Source: Takakia lepidozioides
Lineage: Eukaryota; Plantae; Bryophyta
Length of the DNA: 64,000 nt
Assembly (NCBI GenBank): GCA_030704615.1
Contig: CM060732.1
Coordinates: 57,412,001 to 57,476,000, forward strand
Direction of reading: 5' to 3'
The notes beneath the pieces are model-generated. The model saw nothing but the letters and a program-made list of their open reading frames with translations. It was not told the DNA's origin and did not search any database. The translations under genes and the position numbers were made by a program. Positions 10,472-21,070 of this stretch are shown here, piece by piece. The first letter of the stretch is position 1. Each line of letters begins with the position of its first letter.

Positions 10472-13400
10472 TCATTCCGATTGATTTGTTTGCAAAAGTG
10501 TGGGAAGGGGTGAAGTACGTACGACCTGAGATAGGTTGGGCAACTTCTCAACCCATTCGCGTAGTTTGAACCATGCCGTGATCAGGTGATCATATCCAGC
10601 AGGGTCGTGCGGAAACTGGGAACATTCCCAGGCATCGACCAACCAGACGTTGTGTAGGGGATCGTGTCCGGTTTTGACGACGTTGCAATAGCCCATCTGC
10701 CGCTACAAACGTGAACTTGTCACTGTCGTGATCATAATCACGAATCAGGAGGGTGAGTGGGAAATGAAAATATTAGTGCACAGAGGAAGGTTGCGGATGG
10801 AATACCGGTCGACCGATGCAGGTTTCCTTCGGTGGCATGTACGTGGTCGATTCCTGGCAGAAGCGAATTGTGAGCATGCCCAGATCGGTTCTGCCGTCGT
10901 TATGTATGTCGTCGCAGAGATACAGATGTGACCAAGGCGTGTCTCCGACCGTGCCAATATGTACGACTAGACCAACTCCATCGAATTCACTGCATGACGT
11001 CTCAAATTCAGATGAAAGATGAAAGAAATGTGAAAATCAAAATAAAAGTAAATAACTCTAGTGGCTTACAGTTTCCCACTTGTTTGTCAAAAGTAGGCCC
11101 GCGCATCTCGGTGGCGTTGGTTGTCGGCACCGGAATGAAGTCCTGCCACCCCCACACATCACGTTTGAGCCTCGCGCACGTTAAGTCGGGATGGCATCGT
11201 CATTGGTCATTCGTAATGGGCTCACCTGAAGAGGGCCGTTTCGGTGGTCGAAAGGCGCCGCCATTTTCCCTCGTCGTTGGATTCCATGTGCACCATGTCC
11301 GGATCAGACGATGGAGTTGCATGGGCGCAAGATCGTGTATAAGGTAGATGCCGCCTTCTTCGATGTGCGGAGCCTGCACATGTTGCCACCCACGTGTCAC
11401 CTTTGTACACATGACGTTGGAACCACAAGTAAACCGTGGGAAGGTCGGCATGCGACAGACCTTATGGCTGGCAGAATAGGAGGTCACCATAGCCCAGCAC
11501 CATGTGGCGGATCGCCTCTTTCTGAAAAAATCGTTCGGTGACCGTATTAGCGATACTACGTTGCCGATCTTTATTTTGCGGAATCGGTCGACGCGCCTGG
11601 TGACCACCCCTGCCGCCTCTATCGCCTCCAAGATACCGTTGTCCATGACATCGCACTTAACTTCCTGCATCCATCCATCACCGCCGAGCCCCTCCTGTTA
11701 AAGGGGTTATGAGGGGCAGAATGGGAGGCTTTTGCAGGTACCCCTATTTTGAGAACGAGACCATCACCATGGCGTAGAGTCTTTGTTCATCACCCTCATG
11801 ACAGTAAGGTCTAGGAACCATGAAGGACCATGAGCCGTCCCGATCGAAAACCTGATATCGAAAAAATAAATAAAAGGGAACGTTCGGTCGAATTTACAGC
11901 GGCGTACCTCGCGGAGACACAAGTGGTTGTTGAGGGCCACTCGGTCGCTCGGAGTCAACCGATCGATGGCATGTGCGGCCCCCCTTGTGAACAACACGGC
12001 GCTCAAGCTTCCGTTTCCGTCCAGTTCGGCCACGCGGTCCCGGGAGATTCGTTCTAGACGGCTTCTCGCCGCCTCCACGACCTTCGTACGCCTGTTTATT
12101 GCTTCGAATGTCAGTCTCGACATTGACCCATACGTCTATGCCATGGAATTGCAGGGTATGGTAAGATGTCCATTCAACCTTTCTTTGAAACGTCGGTCCT
12201 TGATATGTTCCAGTTCCAGACATCTTGCCATTCCGTGTGTCCCATCCGGCAACCTGGCACATATACGGCTGTGAGTTACCAAAACGATCGTTAAAACAAT
12301 CATCCGTATCAATTGGGTTAGATTCAAGGTTGGCCCATACCTCTCTTGGTACATCGTCGGATATACCCTCTCGACGGCCGCCAAAACCGACCAGACGGGC
12401 CCTCCGCATTGCTTGACGCATCGTAAGGACAATGGATGCTAAGGCCCGGTAACTCCTCACCCCGACGCATAAAATAATAATAATGACAATTGTTAGGCTG
12501 AGAAATTACTTTTCAAAATAACGTAAAAACAAACTAGCAAATCAGCGTTGTCCTTGGAAATTTAAAAAAAAAACAAAAGTGGTATTGTATGTGCAACGTA
12601 CAAAAACCTAACCGTTCGTCCCACGGGACCCGTCGTGTACCGTTCATATGGATCGTCAGCCAACACCTATCACGCACCTTCACCCCGGACCCGGAGGTAA
12701 GGTAAGGTATTAGTATGCCGTTTTATTTATTTTGTATTTATATTTTTCCATATCAAACCCGTCCACGAGGCCAGGTCAGAATACCTACTTACTTGTAAAG
12801 GGTGGAGGGGTTCGTCGCAACTTCCGTTGTATTGTGCGCCTTGGACCTGTAAATTCCGACTCGGTCATTTCGGAGCGGTCTCTAATCGGTCTCTAAACAA
12901 ACAATGCAAAACAAAATGGAAAAAGGAAAAAAAAAAAAAACCCCGCTTACCCACAGTTTTTGTCCGCTGAAAATCTTCTTCTGTTCGATCAATGCGGTTA
13001 TAAAATAATCTGTTCGCACCGTCAAGCAGTACCTGTGGAATACTACCACACGTGTCACCGTCCAACTGTATCAACTTTTAGCGGTCAGCAGGTTTTGGGG
13101 AACCGATATATTACCATCCGGCTGTCACCTCCAGGTCGATTGTTTCACGGCCCATTTGCTTCATCCAGTGCCTGATCGCCGTGACACACACTATCATCGC
13201 ACGCATCGACGAGGCTCGTTTCTCAGTGATGAGCTTGATAGTCGAAGACTGCTCCTAGTACGTTTCTTTCACGAACCTGTCCCCCGGGGGGAAATTCTGT
13301 TATATTCCATTTCCATACGGAACGAGGCTTAAAATAGAATATGTACGTGCACCTTACCTGTTATTGAGTTGGTGAATCACTTTGGACAGCGTGAGAAGGC

Positions 13401-14476
13401 GGTTGGCGTTTACATGGGGAAAACTCCGTTCGTGCGACGCTAGTTTCCACACGATCAGTCGGTAATGGTTTACCAACCATCTGCCATGGATTCATAAACG
13501 TCAATGCCCCGTCGCATACATGTTGAATAAAAAATAAAAAATAAAAAGTGGTTGGATGAGATTTGGACTCAACTCAAACGGAACGGTGTCCGCTGTCTTG
13601 GCTATTAGTAATGCGTGAACATGTCGGATCTCGGCTTTGCTCCCGTCTGTCCGAGCGACTTCGTAGTTGGCAGAAGTTGTTGCGTCGAGTCGGAGTATAT
13701 CATCCGGCACGAACCCGGTCTGCGGGCACAGGGGTACAACTTTATGAGGGAAGACGAGGGAAGGGGGGAGGGGAAACCTCGTGGTCGTATTAACTCACCG
13801 GATTTTCCTGGTGCGGCCGTGTTGGGTAAAACTCCCTCATGCTGGGAAGTTTCGTAATTGTTCCTAGGGGGGATGGTACATGGATCTTCTCCAATGCTGT
13901 CTTTGTAGCCGTCACGACGTTGGTTTGAGATTTACCGCTGCATTCAGGAGCCGACGTTTTCCATTATATTTATAAAAATGTTATTATTATTATTTCCTTT
14001 ATTGAAGAAATGTTTTCACGGAAACCAATAGAGTATTCAGTGAACACTCGGGTGAGTGAAACAGTACCTGGGTCGGGGACGTTTGAACGCTGGCGGGTCA
14101 TTACGGCTTGTGGTCGCTTTTGAATTGTCGAGAATGGATGCCAATGTGATTCTCGCACCGCGGACACTTTGCAAGGATACCTTGATCGGCGTTTCGTTGG
14201 CAATCTTGAAGCCGGTCGTTTTGCATGCCATTCGGTGTTGCTGGACTCTCATAGAATTATTAGTTTCTCAATCCGACGGGATTGCAAAACAAGGGAAAGG
14301 AAAAAAGAAAAAAGAGACGGATTGGCCGATAGGACGTGATCGGTACCGGGGGAGGAAACAGGAATAACAACAATAAAACAAAATGACTTTGAATAACTTT
14401 GGCGGTACTTACCGATCGCCGAACGACGTTCGGTTTGCTCTGCGGGCTCTACATCGGAAAGGTCCACAATCTTCAT
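10472..14476 (-). pseudogene. BRCA2: Compact, diverged BRCA2-like gene (1 BRC repeat, FxxP motif, helical domain, OB1, tower/OB2, OB3), many short exons, at least 3 in-frame stops
   Basis: Spliced translation gives GFKIANETPIKVSLQSVRGARITL (BRC), FKRPR, WLVNHYRLIVWKLASHERSFP, LEVTAGW|YCL..IFSGQKLW|VQGA, IHMNGTRRVPWDERLGF, LRCVKQCGGPVWSVLAAVERVYPTMYQER, IEEGGIYLIHDLAP, EFDGVGLVVHIG and GYCNVVK..VWLVDAWE, colinear with plant BRCA2. Stops at ~13256-13258, 12439-12441 and 11200-11202. The start codon and two junctions are tentative. Confidence 0.85.
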
Positions 14477-14784
14477 CGTGGATGTTGCCGACGCTACAGT
14501 TGATCGGCGATGTGTGTGTATGCTGGATGTTGGATCCTCATAATGTTGGATCCTCTTGTGAAAGCGGTGACTCAGCGAAAGACATATGTGGTTCTTGTCG
14601 TTCTTCCCCTGCCCCGCCACGACGGGGAATGGATGGATTCATGGATGAATGTTGTTCGTCCGAAATTTGGTGGACGTGGAGGACGTTGTCGCGCCGGCAT
14701 ATATGTATATAAACTTTCTTGCGGTTGAGCGGGAGGTTGGTTCTGTTTGGAGCTTTTTCCTCCTCCTCACTGTGAACTAAGCGG

Positions 14785-16034
14785 ATGGACGACGATACTT
14801 CTCTTATCAAAGATGATGTCCGGTTGTCTGATGTCGACTATATTGCGGCGTTCAAACAATACATAGAATGTCATCACAAAACAGATATTGACGACCTTCT
14901 CATCGCTGATGACGATTCTAGACATTACTCGCTGCTCCTCGAGTGCGTTTTTATTTTTATTTTTATTTTTCCCCGTTTCTTTAGAGAACATACTTGCTGT
15001 TTGAGTTCCGTCCATTTCAATGGATTTCAAGGCCAGGATGTGTGTGTGTGTGGGACGTTCAGGTGTGCCGATTTGTTGGATGCGTGTCCAAGGCTCGCTC
15101 ATGTGGTGTATTATTATCCGGAGAAAATGATATTGTTGTTCAATTCGGCCGCGCGGGAGGTACAGGTATCCCCGCCCTTCACCATCAGTCACACATACAA
15201 CGCAAGGTGTGCATCGTCGCAGTGGATGTGGTCTGTGTCAGCATCTAACGCATTCGATCGTCGTGTCGTCAGACGACGGCCTGCGCTTTACGCGAGGGCG
15301 ATGAGTGGCGATCTGTGGTGCATGTCCGGTTCGTCGTTCAAGGCTCGGCCATGGAATGCACAGGTAGGTATTCCGTTGCGGTTACGTAAAACGATGCCTG
15401 GAAACCAGCCTGGAATGTCGTACCGCATCAGAAACGGTGGGAAAAACCTACCTGCGCATGGCCGTGCATCCTGTTTTGCACATGGTGTGTATTCCGGTTT
15501 GCTAGAGTGCTCTACCTCGTTGGATGATCACTCAAAGTAGGGGCGGCGACCACCGCGGCAAGCACTCGCGAGGCTTGCAATAAATATACATATGTGCGTA
15601 TGAATAGACAATGTATGAGGATGCGGCAGGCAGACGGGTAGTGTGACGGCATCGCTCGTGTACTTGCAGAAACTCACCCTAACGTCGGTCAGATCCGCTT
15701 CCACCATGTCGGACATCTGATCACGGTCAATGGCGTCGTCATACGTGCCGGCAAAATCAAAGTGTCGGAATCCGTCAGAGAGTATGAGTGCGCAGTATGC
15801 AGCCACAGGTTTTGTTTTTATTTTGTTTTCCTTAATTTTTCTTGTATTCATTTCATTTCCACTTCATTTAGGTTGTAACGTGTTAGAAATGAATACGTAA
15901 TTTCCATAAAAGTGACGGTGCCACGAGAACGGTGGTGCACTGGCTGGCTGATCGAATGGTGTGGCAGGTTCAGCGTTTTCCCCGACATCATAAGTGTTAA
16001 TTCGTTCGAACTCCCACATGTGTGCCTTTCCAAG
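14785..16034 (+). pseudogene. MCM9: MCM9-like N-terminal half (helical + OB/Zn domain), 5 exons, truncated before the AAA+ domain
   Basis: Exons 14785-14942, 15063-15165, 15273-15363, 15670-15808 and 15968-16034 (GT-AG, phase-compatible, no stops) give FKQYIECHHKTDIDDLL..RHYSLLLECADLLD, VHVRFVVQGSAMECTETHPNVGQIRFHHVGHLITVNGVVIRAGKIKVSESVREYECAVCSHRFSVFPD..C, matching the MCM9 N-terminus. No downstream MCM exons found. Confidence 0.85.
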
Positions 16035-16247
16035 GTAATGGTTTGCTGTAGATGTTTTTGAACATTGTCTGCGGGTGTGTTTTGGTAGAACCCGGTTCAT
16101 TGTATGGTTGGTTTGTGGAAGCGGACGGAAAGATGTGGCGGTGGGAAATTCATGCGCGTAGACTAATACAAGAGTATAATCATGCCACTAAGGGCAGGGT
16201 GTTGTTGGATACCACTGACAGATCCCACTGGTCTGTTGGGGTTGCAG

Positions 16248-17143
16248 ATGGGAACTCACTACAAGAAAGCCTTTGGAATTCCTTGAGCCCAGCTCATTGG
16301 GGGCCCTATTGTGGATGATATTCCCTGCTCATCAACCATGGAGCTGCAGCCTATTGTGGATGATATTCCCTCCTCATCCAACATGGAGGAGCGGCCTATT
16401 GTGGATAGTATGGAGGATTACGTGCGAGCGATGCTTCAAGAAGGACAATCTCTCCAGGCTGTTGCAAGTGCACTCGGTGTTCAGGACGTTAGACAGTTAA
16501 AGAGGCTAATGTCCAGAATTACAGGCGTCCCTTTCAAAGCCTACCACCAGCTGTCTCTTGAAGAGTTGTGTACAAAAATTCAAGAGGTGGTTCCAACCGA
16601 GGAGAATGGGGTGAACTGGGGCATTATGCAAGTGAAGGCTGCCCTGGCGAGGAGGGACATCAGGGTGTCTCGCATCAAAATCGCTTGTGCATTGAGGACC
16701 ATCTCCGGCTACCATTACGACCGGAGGCGTAGAGCACAAAATCTTATCAGTGGCCAATACAACGTCATAAAGCCGTTGGCATTGTGGCACATAGATTGCA
16801 AGTCAAGTCCCTTGTTTGCATTGAGAGACCATATGCTCCAAATGATTTCTACTTTCACTTGTTAGCTGATGCATTTCTTTTCAGTAATACAGTTTCCATA
16901 CCTTCCACATCGACCAATATAAAATGCATATTGTTTGTCCTTGTAGCTTATCACAAGCTTGCGATGTTCGGAAATATCCGAATACATGCTGGAATTGATG
17001 GGGCCTCCCATTTCCTGCTGTGGCCAAAGGTAGCCGACAATAAGAGGGCAGAGACAATATTTGGTGGATGTATGGAGGCAGTAAACAAGTTTGGATCGCC
17101 ATCCCGGATATCGGTACACCATGAAGCTGCGCGGACAGATTGA
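16248..17143 (+). mobile_element. IS3/IS481-related eukaryotic (IS3EU-type) DDE transposase, truncated
   Basis: HTH region NWGIMQVKAALARRDIRVSR..YNVIKPLALWHID, then a GC-AG intron (16798-16946), then (S)YHKL..IHAGIDGASHFLLW..NKRAETI..AVNKFGSPSRI. The second catalytic D and the E region are not found. 45-bp tandem repeat at ~16305-16410. Confidence 0.7.
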
Positions 17144-17592
17144 TCACTAGCCGTAAACATAACTCTTCTATTTACACGAGACCATACAAGTATAACATGA
17201 AGTAACATGAATTGATAACATGTGGTTTTATTGTTCAATTTTATTGAAGTCGGAAAAAGTTCAAAATATAAAATGAAAATTAAAATGAAAATGTAGCTTC
17301 ACAAAACTGACAAAAGCCAAATGCATCATGATAATCCTTGGCTAGCTGCACCATGTGTGATTTTTCAGAGAACTTTCTTGATAGAGTAGGACAACATTTG
17401 CCCTACATTTCCTTCCAACATGTTGATACCCGGGCCTGCAGAACTTAGAAAGAACAAAGAAATTAGCGAATGAGGCTATGGATCTACAAACTGAAGTTTG
17501 TGCAACTGAGACAAGCATGTTGTGTAACAGTTATTATTGTCCTCAGCCAGTACTCTGAAGCCATTTGTGGGCTGAATTGCAGGTGACCCAGG

Positions 17593-18138
17593 ATGTCTCA
17601 AGAGGAGCAGCAACCTGAATCCCAAAATGAGAGACCTGTTCAGGGAAATGTTAGGAGAGCTCCTAGAGTAGCTGTATTCCCTACAACAATCCAAAGTCCA
17701 AGTCATAGGTTTGGAACTCCCTATGGTGGTGGACCTACTGGGACAAGAAGAAGAGCACCTACCACAAGAGCACCTACGCCTCTAACCTTGTCTAGGAGGT
17801 TTTTCATATTGCCTCCTTCAACAGAGTGGAGAGCTACTGGCTCCATTCTTGGTCCTAGAGAGCCAGCTCCATGGCCAGTGGATCTACCTTCAGATCTTGT
17901 GAGCATTCCAGCTTCTTGGCGATGGGGTGGGGCAATCTTTCCTGAACAATTCGGCCCAGACATTGTAGAGCACAAGGTAGCAACATGCTTTGCAGCTGAC
18001 CACGGTCGCCCCCTACCCTCCCTTGTGTCAGGGTTGTTCTACAAACGCTCCCTCAAATCCAGGGGCTCTAGCAAGTACTATACACTAGAACCCTTCTACA
18101 GGAAGCTTGGACCTACAGACGGATTCTGCAGCACATGA
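17593..18138 (+). CDS. Hypothetical accessory ORF of the IS3EU-type element
   Basis: 181-aa ORF directly downstream of the transposase, same strand and same CpG-poor composition; no recognised domain. Confidence 0.35.
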   Translation: MSQEEQQPESQNERPVQGNVRRAPRVAVFPTTIQSPSHRFGTPYGGGPTGTRRRAPTTRAPTPLTLSRRFFILPPSTEWRATGSILGPREPAPWPVDLPSDLVSIPASWRWGGAIFPEQFGPDIVEHKVATCFAADHGRPLPSLVSGLFYKRSLKSRGSSKYYTLEPFYRKLGPTDGFCST

Positions 18139-18694
18139 CAATGAATCCCTCAATGCCAAGTCCCTCAGAGACATTAAGCGATTCAGAGGAGGAAGCCCTC
18201 CCATTACCTTTGCCTCCATGTCTGCCACCAGCTCTCCCACCAGCTCCTCCGGCATCCACCTTAGAGCTCCGACGACGATTTTCAGGCTGCCCTCCTCCCC
18301 CGCCGGCCTCCTCCACGTCTACCGCCACCTACAGGTTCATTATACCCCTGTTTCCCTGGTTCAGCAGTCCACTAACATGAACTTGGAGTCCACCAACTTG
18401 GAGGTCATGTCAGATGCAATGAATCCAGGGTAAATCCAATTGCAAAAGAAAAATATGCACATATTATGCACGGACAGCATTGAGGAGACGACAACAACAA
18501 CGACCTCTACATATCTTTCTACTTCCGAGTGGTTTTTGGTCGACTGATAACTACCCTATCACACCCAAATGTCTCATACATGCAAAGGATTAACAATAAG
18601 ACTTATGCATTGGACCAACTAATTTGATTCAATTGTGACGAGCTACATACTTGGGAGATTGCCAACTAGGAATAAGGTGGGTTAGACAGCTCAC

Positions 18695-18801
18695 CTCCAA
18701 TCAACATCCAGCGTGCCTCCTTTTCGGCAGCTGCTGACATATAGTTGCGGCTAGGTTGGAGTACCATTCCCTTTGCAACTTCTAAAACTGCTGAAGGTAG
18801 C
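18695..18801 (-). pseudogene. Isolated exon resembling SWEETIE/HEATR5
   Basis: AG/GT-bounded 107-nt exon encoding (R)LPSAVLEVAKGMVLQPSRNYMSAAAEKEARWMLIG, resembling plant SWEETIE LP.SVLEV.K.ML....RN......EKEAGW.LL (recognised from memory). Confidence 0.5.
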
Positions 18802-19144
18802 CTGCAAGTGATTCATCCATCCACACATTTGTGTCCGTGTCGGTCGGCCCTAAAAGTGGCAGTTTTAAGGTGGTGAGGGGGGGTCCTCTGTGAGCGCCAG
18901 AACATGGCGTAAATTGCATTCCGTAAATGTGATGTGCAACAGCACCACCCCACCCCCCCCCCAAGGGAAACGACGGGTCTACAGAGGCCAGAGTTAATGG
19001 TGTTTCCACCGTGGTTTAATGGCGTTTCCCTTGTTTGTGCCCTACCGTTAACGTACAAGAACGGGCCTCTAAAACACACGGAAACAGACACCAAAACCGG
19101 TTACGTTTCATTTACGTGAATGAATTATATCATAGTGTTTGCAT

Positions 19145-19760
19145 TCACGCCGGTGTGATGAACGACAACCGCGACATGTCATCATGGACAGACGAGTAGG
19201 GGTCTCGAGCAGAGTCTCGTTGATGTATTCGATGATCTCGTAGCGGATGCCTAAGGCGTCGCCTCTGTTGATACGTTTGAGATCGTCGTAGTTGTCCGAC
19301 GCCGCCGTCCGACGCAGCCGATGGGTCGTCGTCCCGGGCAATGTAACGCGCCATGAATGCCATAACGTAGTAGGCGCATTCCCAATCGGCCTTTTGCCGG
19401 GCACCGTGTTTATTTTTGACAGGGAGAGACGTCACGGCGTTGGATTCGGGGTCGACCATATGTTGGTAGATCAATTTGTGCAGTTTGACCGTGTCGTCGT
19501 CGGCAGGTTTATGTTCGAGCGAATTGAAGTGCAGGAATCGCCTCCCTATTTCCCATACGATCAAACTCCAATGATCCCTGCCAACAAAATTAGAGTTGGT
19601 TGTCAGAGTCGAGTGCCATGCCGCAAATCTCAGCATGTACGTCCAAGGGGTTGGCATGTACGTAACAATTACCTGGAAAACACGGGGAACAGAACGGCCT
19701 GCAAGCCGCTCAATTCGAACGAGGGCGCCGCGTGTGCGATGTCTTCGGGTTTCCTGATGA
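19145..19760 (-). pseudogene. Ulp1/SENP (peptidase C48) remnant
   Basis: Intron 19672-19578 joins AVLFPVFSR|DHWSLIVW; HFNSL (catalytic D replaced by N); RQKADWECAYYVM carries Q and C. Upstream part disrupted. Confidence 0.75.
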
Positions 19761-20344
19761 AACTTGGTCTGGGACTTCAAGAAATTTCCATGTTTGTTAG
19801 CATAAAACAACACACACACAAGATCCCTCAATCCTAATGAAACAAGAAGAATATGCACGTTTCTTTTGGAGTCGGTTCTGCCCATTCTTTCCTATTACAA
19901 GCAAACATTTGCATAACTGCTTGCTGGATGATAAGAGGATTGCGGATGCACATAAATGTTTGAAGTGTTGTTTATGCATTTTGGCGCATTACTATTATGT
20001 TTTCTTTTTGGAAAGCCAAACACTCTGGCAGAGCAAACGCTCACAAATCAGGTCCCTTCAATCATAGAGGAGAAAATAATCTCTTTCATAGTAACCATTA
20101 TACTCCTATCAAATGTCTACTATAAACCGTTGCATTATATCTATAATCCATGGTGTATATTATTTGGTAGTTGCCACCCTAGGCTATATGACGATCATGA
20201 TAAACCTTGACAACAATACTTATGCCAAAGAAAGATCTAATTTCAAATATTTCTCATCTACACATGAAGATTTCATCTTACGTCCGCTTAGAATCTACAA
20301 GTTTTCCAATGTGTGGCTTTATCTGCTTGCCAATCAATTACTAA

Positions 20345-21070
20345 CTATTGCAAAGGCGATCTTTTTGGATGACTTTGCTTCCGCTTGCGTATTTTTGTCA
20401 ATGGATCTGCATTCAAAACCCCTGTCGAGCTTCCAGCCAGCTTCGAGCTTCCATTTCCACATTCATATACTTGCAGAGTCTCGATTGATTCATGAAGTCT
20501 GGTTGCAGATATATGTGCTACAACGCTGACCATTGCTTCCTTGTTTGAGTCAACAAAGCATGATGAAGTTATAGTTATGTCACGAACTCGTTCATTGGGC
20601 TCAAAGTCTGTTGACAATGTAAGAGTCTGCAATGGGCTAATATTCTGCAAGCGTCGAATTTCTGAAATCTTACACTCCATGGAGCAGAATCGGAAGGTGT
20701 CAGATTTTTCACGATCACAACACTTTTTTGGGGCCCTTTTGTAAATAAAGACAGCAACTTTACCGTTGAATTTGCAACACTTAATCCAAGATATATCCAG
20801 CAGGTTTTCAATATCAACAATATTGACAGCGAGAACTCTGGATACTTTTCGAATCTGCAAGGTCTTGTGGTGCATATGATGTTTTAGATCCTCGCAACAG
20901 ATGGCAGGGCCCATACAGACTGTACAAAAATATTTCCGAATTCTGCACCCATGATCTTCATGTTCACAATCCTCAAAATATTTGTTTCGCATAAAAGAGT
21001 CCACCCATGCAGGTATTAAGGTGACATCCATGGAGTCATAGATCCCTCCTGTCCAACCAAGTTTGTTCAT
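20345..21070 (-). CDS. PLATZ zinc-finger transcription factor, diverged, no coding introns
   Basis: PAW...YFEDCEH..YFCTVC..AIC...HMHHKTLQIRK, DIENLLDISWI..FNGKVAVFI, FRFCSMECKI and C-terminal RKRK..P.RSP. Confidence 0.85.
   Translation of the reverse strand: MNKLGWTGGIYDSMDVTLIPAWVDSFMRNKYFEDCEHEDHGCRIRKYFCTVCMGPAICCEDLKHHMHHKTLQIRKVSRVLAVNIVDIENLLDISWIKCCKFNGKVAVFIYKRAPKKCCDREKSDTFRFCSMECKISEIRRLQNISPLQTLTLSTDFEPNERVRDITITSSCFVDSNKEAMVSVVAHISATRLHESIETLQVYECGNGSSKLAGSSTGVLNADPLTKIRKRKQSHPKRSPLQ

Noticed and set aside
14785-15540. 251-aa ORF as the MCM9 product
   Set aside because: It includes intron read-through (VFIFIFIF, VCVC) and leaves the MCM9 frame after exon 2.
18830-19100. TIR pair or element terminus (ACACGG motifs)
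   Set aside because: The match is too short and no TSD was found.
700-19790. Bacterial contamination or endogenous giant virus
   Set aside because: Genes have spliceosomal introns and plant-type BRCA2/MCM9 motifs; no capsid, polymerase or packaging ATPase seen.
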